Position numbers and translations under genes: made by a program. The notes beneath the pieces were generated by a model. It was not told the DNA's origin. It made no database searches and was given only the letters and a program-made list of their open reading frames with translations. A stretch of 64,000 nt of DNA from Myxococcota bacterium. Its GTDB lineage: Bacteria > Myxococcota_A > Polyangia > JAAYKL01. Location: the NCBI GenBank assembly GCA_028278265.1, contig JANQET010000490.1, forward strand, positions 461-64,460, read 5' to 3'. This document shows positions 46,340 through 53,874 of the stretch, in pieces; positions within the stretch are counted from its first letter, which is position 1; every line of letters starts with the position of its first letter.

Positions 46340-47068
46340 CTAGCGGGCATGACCGGAGATGACGATGTCCCCGGCGTCGAGGGCCAACCGCAGCGCGTTG
46401 GGGGCGCTGGGTGCCGGGTCGACACCTTGCAGATCCACATGGCCCGACCCGGTACTGGCGTCGATCTGGTAGGCGGATGCCGGTACCTGGAGCGATGCAT
46501 TTCCCGCCAGAATGTCGATGTCGACCAAGTTGGGAATCTCGTCGAACGATAGGGAAACATCGCCGCTCCCGGTGGTGATCGTCGTCGTTGCCCTTCCGAT
46601 TCCAACCCCGTCCACATCACCGGAGACGGCGGTGACCTCTACCTGGCCTGAGAGATGGTTCAAGAAGACCTCCCCGTCATACGAGACGATGTCAACCGAC
46701 CCGGTCAAGCCGGAAGCGGTGACCTTCCCCCGGTCGGTTGCGAGGGATGAGGAAACCCACTTTGGAACTGCCAGAAAGAAGGTCCCCCCGCATGCGCTGG
46801 CATCGAGCCCGGCGTCTATCGTTACATACAAGGTCCGGCCCTCCACATATATGGAGTAGTCCGGCGTTTCGGTGCGGCATTCGAGTTGGAGATCGACATG
46901 GGTCAGGGTTTCGTCCTGACTCGCTGAGATCGATATGTCACCGAACGGTACAGCAACTTCCACGTGATGAATCGGTTGATGGAATTCAACGGTATCTACG
47001 ACCGCGCCTTGGTCACAGGCCATCATCAGCAGCACCGGAGCCAGGGTCAGTATTTTGTAAGTCCACAT
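46340..47068 (-). CDS. DUF4097 beta-strand-repeat lipoprotein
   Basis: Lipobox MMAC; repeats such as TDRGKVT, SYDGEVF, AVSGDVD, TGSGDVS, TGSGHVD. Confidence 0.82.
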   Translation of the reverse strand: MWTYKILTLAPVLLMMACDQGAVVDTVEFHQPIHHVEVAVPFGDISISASQDETLTHVDLQLECRTETPDYSIYVEGRTLYVTIDAGLDASACGGTFFLAVPKWVSSSLATDRGKVTASGLTGSVDIVSYDGEVFLNHLSGQVEVTAVSGDVDGVGIGRATTTITTGSGDVSLSFDEIPNLVDIDILAGNASLQVPASAYQIDASTGSGHVDLQGVDPAPSAPNALRLALDAGDIVISGHAR

Positions 47069-47121
47069 GGCGCTCTCCTTTGTCCCGAGGGAGACGGTGT
47101 GTCGTCACTGACCGTTGAAAT

Positions 47122-47138
47122 TGCAACCGCCGGGCCAA
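47122..47138 (-). promoter_or_regulatory. sigma54 (-24/-12) promoter of the DUF4097 gene
   Basis: TTGGCCCGGCGGTTGCA (GG-N10-GC). Confidence 0.75.
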
Positions 47139-47226
47139 TGGGTCATCGCCGAGATATGTCTAGTAATAACAAGAAGTTACAAGATGCTGTCTTCCCGCGC
47201 GGGGGACCGAAAAACAAACTTGTGCC

Positions 47227-47300
47227 GTGTCAAAATGGAGGATCTGCGAGATAACTGTTCAAAATTAAAAGGCAAATTTGCGAATGCACCAAAACGAGAG
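47227..47300. promoter_or_regulatory. Two candidate enhancer (UAS) sites
   Basis: GTGTCAAAATGGAGG (47227-47241) and GCACCAAAACGAGAG (47286-47300), about 98 and 157 bp upstream of -24. Confidence 0.5.
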
Positions 47301-47337
47301 AGGTGATCTTCACCGGGAAGAAGGAGCGGTGCGCTGA

Positions 47338-48018
47338 TTAGGAATGACGGGCCAGGGTGAGCAGCATCCCGAAGGCCAGGACAGAGGAGCGAAAACGGCT
47401 GGAGTCACCGAACCGATCGACCATGGTGAGGAGCTGTCCAGCCAGTCCCAAGCGCCAGTCGTTGCCCACCTGCCAATCTTTGCCCACCATCACCGACGTA
47501 CCCCAGCCGGTGTTGCGCCCGTCGATCGAAACCCCGTCACCCGTGGAGATGTTGTTCAGGGAGGGCCCCAGGGCCACACTGAGATACAAATCAGCCGGGG
47601 TGAGTCGACCGCCGAGGCCCGCTCCGAGCACAATCCCGAACACGGGGCTGTTGAGGTCCTGTTGGCACGACCTCTCGGCACAGCGGGCCGCCGACTGGGG
47701 ATCGGTCAGCATGGTGAGGGTGCTGGCTTCGAAGAAGATGGAGAGACCGTTCGCCAACCGCCCGCCCAGCTGCACGCCGTCCAACACCGACGGACCGGTC
47801 AGCGATATCGCCTGATCCTCACTCCTTACACGAACGCTCGTCATGGCGATGCCTGCGCCGAATCGCAGATGAAACGACGCTCGAGCGGCGTCCGTTTCGG
47901 CGTTTAACCGCGCAGCGTAGAGCAAGACGCTCAGCACAACCAGGCCGACGACCCAGGTGCGGGGGAAAACCCGGATCGGTGAATTCGGCAGGCGGTTTGT
48001 GGTCAGGCGAGTCATCAT
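47338..48018 (-). CDS. Myxobacterial-type outer-membrane beta-barrel protein
   Basis: FHLRFGAGI, GWGTSVMVGKDWQVGNDWRLGLAGQ; signal peptide. Confidence 0.68.
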   Translation of the reverse strand: MMTRLTTNRLPNSPIRVFPRTWVVGLVVLSVLLYAARLNAETDAARASFHLRFGAGIAMTSVRVRSEDQAISLTGPSVLDGVQLGGRLANGLSIFFEASTLTMLTDPQSAARCAERSCQQDLNSPVFGIVLGAGLGGRLTPADLYLSVALGPSLNNISTGDGVSIDGRNTGWGTSVMVGKDWQVGNDWRLGLAGQLLTMVDRFGDSSRFRSSVLAFGMLLTLARHS

Positions 48019-48031
48019 GGTCTGTTGCCAG

Positions 48032-48048
48032 CGCAAGGGCCGTGCCAG
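48032..48048 (-). promoter_or_regulatory. sigma54 promoter of the barrel gene
   Basis: CTGGCACGGCCCTTGCG, near-consensus. Confidence 0.78.
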
Positions 48049-48195
48049 GAAACTGGGTCGGTCTTTTTTTCTTTTATTTCAAATATTTAAGAGTTTGTGC
48101 AAGGTCCGACAGGTCGGTGAGCGGGAACTGTTGAACAAGTCGTTCTGGGGGGATCGGAGCAAAAACCCGCATCGTTACTGGATCAGGGACGGCGT

Positions 48196-48210
48196 GTGCC
48201 AAAACGGGAT
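48196..48210. promoter_or_regulatory. Candidate UAS
   Basis: GTGCCAAAACGGGAT, about 157 bp upstream of -24. Confidence 0.5.
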
Positions 48211-48258
48211 AGGCAAAATCGGGAGGGCTAGGATGGGGGAGCAATTAATGGACGGAAG

Positions 48259-48633
48259 CTAATCGAGCAACTCACAGATCGCGTTGTGCAGATCGTCCGG
48301 TTCAAAGGGTTTTTGCAGAATCGGGATGCCCTGTTGCTGGATAGTCTCGATTTCGTCGGTGGCCGCTAGACCGGTGATGACGATGATGGGGAGGGTTGGT
48401 CGCGTTTTTCGAGCTTGCTTGATCAGGTTCAGCCCCGAGTTGCCGGGCATGGTGAGGTCGGTGAGCACCAGGTGAAAGGAGTCCCCGTCCGGTCCTTCGA
48501 GCACGGTCAATGCGGTGTTCACATCCCCCACTCCCTCACTGTCGTAGCCGTAGAGAAAAAGCCCCCGACGGACCGTGTCCAGTTGGTGAGGCTCGTCGTC
48601 AACGACGAGAATTTTCATGGTTTTGCTGGTCAT
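48259..48633 (-). CDS. Single-domain response regulator (CheY-like receiver)
   Basis: ILVVDDE, LTDLTMP, VITG, QKPF. Confidence 0.92.
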   Translation of the reverse strand: MTSKTMKILVVDDEPHQLDTVRRGLFLYGYDSEGVGDVNTALTVLEGPDGDSFHLVLTDLTMPGNSGLNLIKQARKTRPTLPIIVITGLAATDEIETIQQQGIPILQKPFEPDDLHNAICELLD

Positions 48634-48677
48634 CGGTCTCCCCGCGTGGTGCCAGTCAACGGCATGAAGTACCCCGC

Positions 48678-48693
48678 TGCAAGGGATGGACCC
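48678..48693 (-). promoter_or_regulatory. Probable sigma54 promoter of the single-domain RR
   Basis: GGGTCCATCCCTTGCA (GG-N10-GC), with an AT tract upstream at about 48710-48730. Confidence 0.55.
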
Positions 48694-48751
48694 AAATTGG
48701 AGTGTTGTGGAATTATTAAATAATCATAAATGGTTAGACGAAATTCCAGCA

Positions 48752-48799
48752 ATCTCAAACTGGTGCTGATGACTCGAAACAGGTATACCAAAACGGTAC
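48752..48799. promoter_or_regulatory. Two candidate UAS sites
   Basis: ATCTCAAACTGGTGC (reverse complement GCACCAGTTTGAGAT) and ATACCAAAACGGTAC (about 100 bp from -24). Confidence 0.5.
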
Positions 48800-48918
48800 G
48801 AATGGGGCGACAACCACTGAAAAGTATTAAGAAAAATATTCGTCGGTTTATTTTGGGATAGGCCACAATTCGGCGAGCCGTTGGCAACAGGTCGGTCGTC
48901 TGCTCCGTAACGATTGTC

Positions 48919-50271
48919 TCACTTCACGCTGTAGGCCTTGAGCTTGCGGTGGAGGGTCTGGAGACCGATGCCGAGCACACGGGCGGTTTGACTCTTGTTG
49001 TTGTTGGTCGCCTCGTAGACGCTGATAATGTGGCGGCGCTCCACTTCGGCCAGTGGCTCCAGCTCACCGGTCGTGGTTCGAACCCCTTTGACAGTGAGAC
49101 GGGATTTCTTCTTGGGCAGTCTGAGGTGCTCGGCATCGATGGGTTTGCCGTCCGCCAGGTTGGCGGCCGCTTCGAGTACCCCTCTCAGCTCGCGCACATT
49201 ACCCGGCCAGTTGTGGGCTTCCAGTTCGACCGTCGCGTCTTCGGTGGGGGGGACTTGTTGATCGGGCAAAAATGTATCGACCAGCAGGGGAATGTCTTCA
49301 GCCCGATCACGCAACGGGGGTAGATGCAGATGGGCGAACTGAAGTCGATAAAACAGATCCTTGCGAAATTTGCGTTGCTGGACCTGTTTGTCCAGATCCT
49401 GGTTGGTGGCAGCAACGAACCGCACATCCGCTTGCACCGAGCGCGTATCGCCCACTGGCGTGTATTCGCCCTCTTGGAGGATGCGCAGCAGCTTGCCCTG
49501 AATTTCCAACGACAAATCCCCGATTTCGTCGAGAAACAGCGTCCCCCCGTTGGCCTTGCCCAGGTAGCCGACTTTGTCTTTCTCGGCGCCGGTGAAGGCC
49601 CCTTTGATGTGCCCGAAGAATTCGGACTCGAACAGCGTGGGGGACAAGGCCAGCATGTTGACCGGAACGAACGGGCCCGAGTGTCTGCGACTCGCCATGT
49701 GGATGGCGCGGGCCAGCAGCTCTTTGCCGACGCCCGTCTCACCGGTGACCAGGATGGGAATATTGGAGTTGGCGTGCAGCTCGGCCTCGTGGAGGAGGCG
49801 GAGCATCTTCTTGTCACCGGTGACGATTTCGCTAAAGGCTTGGGGATTGTGCAGGCTTTTTTTCACCGCCCGTGACGATCGCAGCAATAGGGATTCCATC
49901 AACCGCCGCCGCTCCAGGGCGCGGTTGAGCGCGTGGGTCAGCTGCTCGGGGGTGAGCGGTTTGACCAGGTAGTCGTATGCGCCGCGCTTGATCGCCTTGA
50001 TCACCATCGGAATGCTCTCGTTCGCGGTGATCATCACGCATTCTGTTTCCGGGGAGCGCTCCTTGATGATCTTCAACAGATCCAAGCCGTCCAGTTCGGG
50101 CATGGTGATATCCAGGAACGCAATATCAAAGGAGTGCTCTTCTAGCATCTCCGGCACCGCTGTGGGGTTGGAGGCGGAGACTATCTCGTCGTATCCTTCG
50201 ATTCGCAGCATGCGCACCACGCTGTCCAAAAAAGCGGTTTCGTCATCGACGACCAGGATGGAGGTTTTCAT
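48919..50271 (-). CDS. sigma54-dependent response regulator (NtrC family enhancer-binding protein)
   Basis: Receiver FLDITMP; GETGVGKE; ESEFFGHIKGAFTGA; LFLDEIGD; WPGNVREL; Fis-type HTH. Confidence 0.96.
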   Translation of the reverse strand: MKTSILVVDDETAFLDSVVRMLRIEGYDEIVSASNPTAVPEMLEEHSFDIAFLDITMPELDGLDLLKIIKERSPETECVMITANESIPMVIKAIKRGAYDYLVKPLTPEQLTHALNRALERRRLMESLLLRSSRAVKKSLHNPQAFSEIVTGDKKMLRLLHEAELHANSNIPILVTGETGVGKELLARAIHMASRRHSGPFVPVNMLALSPTLFESEFFGHIKGAFTGAEKDKVGYLGKANGGTLFLDEIGDLSLEIQGKLLRILQEGEYTPVGDTRSVQADVRFVAATNQDLDKQVQQRKFRKDLFYRLQFAHLHLPPLRDRAEDIPLLVDTFLPDQQVPPTEDATVELEAHNWPGNVRELRGVLEAAANLADGKPIDAEHLRLPKKKSRLTVKGVRTTTGELEPLAEVERRHIISVYEATNNNKSQTARVLGIGLQTLHRKLKAYSVK

Positions 50272-50401
50272 GGCGCCATTCCCTTTCTACGCGTCCCGGG
50301 GATCTCAAAGACCGGGCGATTGGCAGCTGGATGCAGAATACCATAAACGGGAAAGGAAGAAAGGGCAGAGGCGCGTTCCGGGGACTCGGTGAAGGAGCGG
50401 A

Positions 50402-51127
50402 TTAGATGCCGAGACCGATGGCGACACCGTACATCGGGGTGCTGAGGGTCTCCTCGTTTTCGTCGTCTCCAACAAGCCAACCGGCAAAGGCCTCGGCGTT
50501 GATCGCCAGGTTGCGGCTAAAACGGTACTCGTAGCCGATGGTGCCGCGAAACCCGACCCCCAGTGCGGCATGGTCGTCGCTGCGCTCGAGGTGGTTGTCC
50601 AGGCAGTCCCAGCTGCTGCAGTTCGGACTGTCCTCGCCCACGTGGTCGTCGGCAAAGGTGAAGGCCAGACCGCTGGAGACCCCGAAGTAGATGCCGGTGT
50701 CGGTGAAGTAGCGATACTCCGGTCCCAGGTAGTAGGTGGAAACCGCACCCCAATGTCGATCCCCTTCCCACTGGTCGAGCACCGCTTGGGTCGATCGCCA
50801 GTACCCTTGGAACAACAGGCCGAACAGGTGGCGATCTTCGATCACGACACCGCCGCGAACGGCCAGTCCGGCCCCCAGGAGGCTCTGGGCGTCATGGCTG
50901 GTCACCCGGTTGTCCCCATCTTCGTAAAGGACAGCGCCCACGACCATCGGGTTGACGTAGTACACCGGTCGTTTGCTTTGCGCAGTCGCGGTGACGGTTG
51001 GCTCCTCCTGTTCCGAAGGTGTAACACCGGCATCAATTGGGTTGGCCAGCGACTCGATTGACCAAAAAGTGGTGACGGAAACAGCCGAAATGATGATGAG
51101 TGCCACAAATGCATTGATCGTTTTCAT
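50402..51127 (-). CDS. Putative outer-membrane beta-barrel protein
   Basis: Signal peptide; YYLGPEYRYFTDTGIYFGVSSG, GVGFRGTIGYEYRFSRNLAINAEA. Confidence 0.7.
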   Translation of the reverse strand: MKTINAFVALIIISAVSVTTFWSIESLANPIDAGVTPSEQEEPTVTATAQSKRPVYYVNPMVVGAVLYEDGDNRVTSHDAQSLLGAGLAVRGGVVIEDRHLFGLLFQGYWRSTQAVLDQWEGDRHWGAVSTYYLGPEYRYFTDTGIYFGVSSGLAFTFADDHVGEDSPNCSSWDCLDNHLERSDDHAALGVGFRGTIGYEYRFSRNLAINAEAFAGWLVGDDENEETLSTPMYGVAIGLGI

Positions 51128-51170
51128 TGTTTTGCTCCTTCGGGTTGCTGTTGTTTACGGCCCGGGATAC

Positions 51171-51186
51171 CGCAAGAGCGGGGCCA
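51171..51186 (-). promoter_or_regulatory. sigma54 promoter of the barrel gene, with an IHF-like site upstream
   Basis: TGGCCCCGCTCTTGCG; AATCAAtcacTTT at about 51204-51217. Confidence 0.7.
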
Positions 51187-51274
51187 CTTTTCGATGTCAC
51201 ATAAAAGTGATTGATTTTAGCTAGTTGCCAGAGAAGCCGGTGTGTCGACCGAGGTCGCGGGTAAGGGCGTTGGT

Positions 51275-51289
51275 ATGCTAAAACGAGAT
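51275..51289. promoter_or_regulatory. Candidate UAS
   Basis: ATGCTAAAACGAGAT, about 97 bp upstream of -24. Confidence 0.5.
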
Positions 51290-51430
51290 GGTCCGGGCGT
51301 TAACTGCTGGAAAATAATACGTGTTTTCAGATGGACGGCGTAATGGCACAGTCATTTGGGCGTGGTGCGCTTGGGTCGTCGGTAGGTGGATCGCGAAGCG
51401 GGCCCCTTGGCCGAGCTTGCTGGTCACGAC
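51278..51430 (-). pseudogene. 3' remnant of a histidine kinase gene (HATPase C-terminal tail)
   Basis: Translates VVTSKLGQGARFAIHLPTTQAHHAQMTVP.., paralogous to the C-terminus of the 53800 kinase (GVTSELGKGTCFAIHLPTTQAHHA*); homology stops at 51430. Confidence 0.75.
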
Positions 51431-53874
51431 ACATTCGGTTTTAGCTGAATCGAAACTACTGGAAACAACTACTGAATTTCACAAAAATTTTTGTCCACAC
51501 CCTCATCGGCAGACGTTTACTTACTGAAAACGTAAAACGGCGCGATAGACGATCTAAACCGCCAACCATTCTTTTTTTCCTTCCAGTAGCGAGGAGACTA
51601 AAAATGAAAAAATTTTCCGTACTGTTGGTTTTTCCCGTCTTGTTCCTGGCATGGAGCTGCGGGGATCAGGGCCAAAGCAATTTGACCATCGAGAGCAACA
51701 TGGCCGCCTGGATTACCATTGAGAAGTGCCCCCCTGGCTACAATATTATCGAGGGGACCGACGGCGACGATATCCTGCGGGGAACCTCAGACAGGGACTG
51801 CATTTTCGGACACAAGGGAGACGATGAAATTAGGGGAGAAGGAGGAGACGACATTCTGTACGGCGGAGAGGGAAATGACGTCTTGCGCGGTGGTTTTGGC
51901 AATGACGTCATCGACGGAGGATGGGGCGACGACATGATTGTCGGATGGCTGGGCGATGATCTGCTGTACGGCAGCGCCGGCAACGATTTGATCAACGGTG
52001 GGGGCGGCGCCGATAGCATTTGGGGTGGTTCTGGTGAGGATACACTTATCGGTGGTTTTGGCAACGATGCCATCGACGGAGGCTGGGACAATGATCTGAT
52101 TAACGGTGGCCCTGACAATGACACCATCTTCGGTGGGCCGGACAACGATGTGGTGCTCGGAGGGTGGGGAGCGAATACGGTGTTGGGTGAACGGGGGGAC
52201 GATGCATGTGACGGAGAGTCCTGTGAGTTTCCCGAGCCCGACAACACTTGCCGTCGAGACAGTGATTGCGAATCTGGCCAAACCTGTGACCAGCAAACCG
52301 GCATTTGCCTTTGGTGTCGTGTCGATGCTGAATGTGATGATGGGAACCCGGTCAATGGTCGGGAAAAGTGTGTTCCCACCCAGGGATGCTCGGTCCCCGA
52401 TACCAGCCTGCGGTACATTCGCGTTCAACCGGGAGTGGACGTCAATCTGGTCATCGGAGAAACGGTTCAACTCACTGCGATTGCAGAATTTGCTGATGGT
52501 TCCACCTTGGATATAACAGAAGAATCCCACTGGACGTCGTCCAATAGTGGGGTTGCGGAGGTCGGCAACAACGTGGGAAATAGGGGGTTCACCTCGGGGC
52601 TCACCATGGGTACGGCTAAAATCAGCATGTTCTACGCTGAATACACCGAAACCGTCGAGATCACCGTGATGCCCGCTGAGCCAGTCAACATTGTAATCTC
52701 TCCTAACGATCCCACTGTAGAGTTGGGGCAATCCATTCAATTCAAAGCGACCGGTGAATTCGCTGACGGTAACAGCTACGATCTCACCGAAGACGTTAGT
52801 TGGTCGTCCTTTAATAAGGCGATTGCCGATGTTGACAATACGCCGGGTAGCAAGGGGTTGGTTCAAACGTTCTCGCCGGGGACCGTTGGCATTCGCGCCA
52901 TATACGGTGACTGGGGAGGGCTGACCGTCAATCTCACCGTTGAGATCACAGAACTGGTCGATATTGAAATTCAACCCACAAATGTCTCCATTCCGGTCGG
53001 CGATTCTGTCGATTTTAGGGCGATGGGCACTTTGGCGGATGGATCCACGTTGGACATCACCAGAGTGGTCACATGGAGTTCCTCAGCTCCCGAGGTAGCC
53101 GAGATCAATCCCCACTGGGGATCGGCGGAAGGTCTATCGACCGGGACCACAGATATTATTGTCCAGTACAAAGTATTACAGCGTTCGACGATCCTCACCG
53201 TTCGGGAAGCCGAATTGGAACGCTATTATTTCGGCCATAGACCGTACTCTGTCGTCGTCGGGGAGACCGCTCAAAAGACAGTTTGGGGAAAGTATACCGA
53301 CGGTACCGTTCGGGATCTCACCGAAGAAGCGACATGGAGTGTGTCAAATCCGATGATCCTGGAAGTGAGCGACACGCCCGGGAGCAAAGGCGTGGTGCTG
53401 GGGATGGCCATGGGCTCCGTAGCGATCAATGCCAACTACAATGGATTCGATGCGAGTATGCACTTCGTCGTCACGCCCGCTGAGCGGGTCGAGTTGGGCA
53501 TTTACCCCAGTTTCGCGAGCATGGTCGTGGGGGAAACGACTCAGTTCACAGCAATCGCCACATTTGCGGATGGCTCCAGGCATGACGTTACAGGGGACGC
53601 TGTCTGGAAAGTTTCCGATTGGGATTCGGCCGATAAGGATGCTATCGTGTTCGATGATACACCGGGAAACGAAGGTCTGGCCCGCGGAGTCAAAGTGGGA
53701 TCCACCGACATTTCTTACTTGTACAGTGAATCGGGGTTGATCGCCGACGTGATGGTGGTCGCCTATTGACCTTTGACCGCTAGTTGATGGCACAGTCAAT
53801 TAGGCGTGGTGGGCTTGGGTCGTCGGCAGGTGGATCGCGAAGCAGGTTCCCTTGCCGAGCTCACTGGTTACGCC
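51343..53874 (+). repeat. 88-bp imperfect direct repeat, copies at 51343-51430 and 53787-53874, bracketing the RTX/Ig gene
   Basis: Manual alignment gives 75/88 identical positions with no gaps. Confidence 0.85.
51604..53769 (+). CDS. Lipoprotein adhesin-like: 17 RTX-type nonapeptides, Cys-rich linker, 5 Big_2 Ig domains
   Basis: Lipobox AWSC; GGxGxDxhx repeats; CRRDSDCESGQTCD; five FADGS..DIT..W.SS Ig units; SD GAGGAG. Confidence 0.85.
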   Translation: MKKFSVLLVFPVLFLAWSCGDQGQSNLTIESNMAAWITIEKCPPGYNIIEGTDGDDILRGTSDRDCIFGHKGDDEIRGEGGDDILYGGEGNDVLRGGFGNDVIDGGWGDDMIVGWLGDDLLYGSAGNDLINGGGGADSIWGGSGEDTLIGGFGNDAIDGGWDNDLINGGPDNDTIFGGPDNDVVLGGWGANTVLGERGDDACDGESCEFPEPDNTCRRDSDCESGQTCDQQTGICLWCRVDAECDDGNPVNGREKCVPTQGCSVPDTSLRYIRVQPGVDVNLVIGETVQLTAIAEFADGSTLDITEESHWTSSNSGVAEVGNNVGNRGFTSGLTMGTAKISMFYAEYTETVEITVMPAEPVNIVISPNDPTVELGQSIQFKATGEFADGNSYDLTEDVSWSSFNKAIADVDNTPGSKGLVQTFSPGTVGIRAIYGDWGGLTVNLTVEITELVDIEIQPTNVSIPVGDSVDFRAMGTLADGSTLDITRVVTWSSSAPEVAEINPHWGSAEGLSTGTTDIIVQYKVLQRSTILTVREAELERYYFGHRPYSVVVGETAQKTVWGKYTDGTVRDLTEEATWSVSNPMILEVSDTPGSKGVVLGMAMGSVAINANYNGFDASMHFVVTPAERVELGIYPSFASMVVGETTQFTAIATFADGSRHDVTGDAVWKVSDWDSADKDAIVFDDTPGNEGLARGVKVGSTDISYLYSESGLIADVMVVAY

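Noticed and set aside
51431-51603. sigma54 promoter/UAS for the RTX-Ig gene (AACGTAAAACGGCGC)
   Set aside because: No GG-N10-GC on the + strand, so the gene is not counted in the regulon
51740-52210. 27-bp periodicity as a CRISPR array or VNTR
   Set aside because: Coding RTX nonapeptides with divergent codons; no spacers or cas genes
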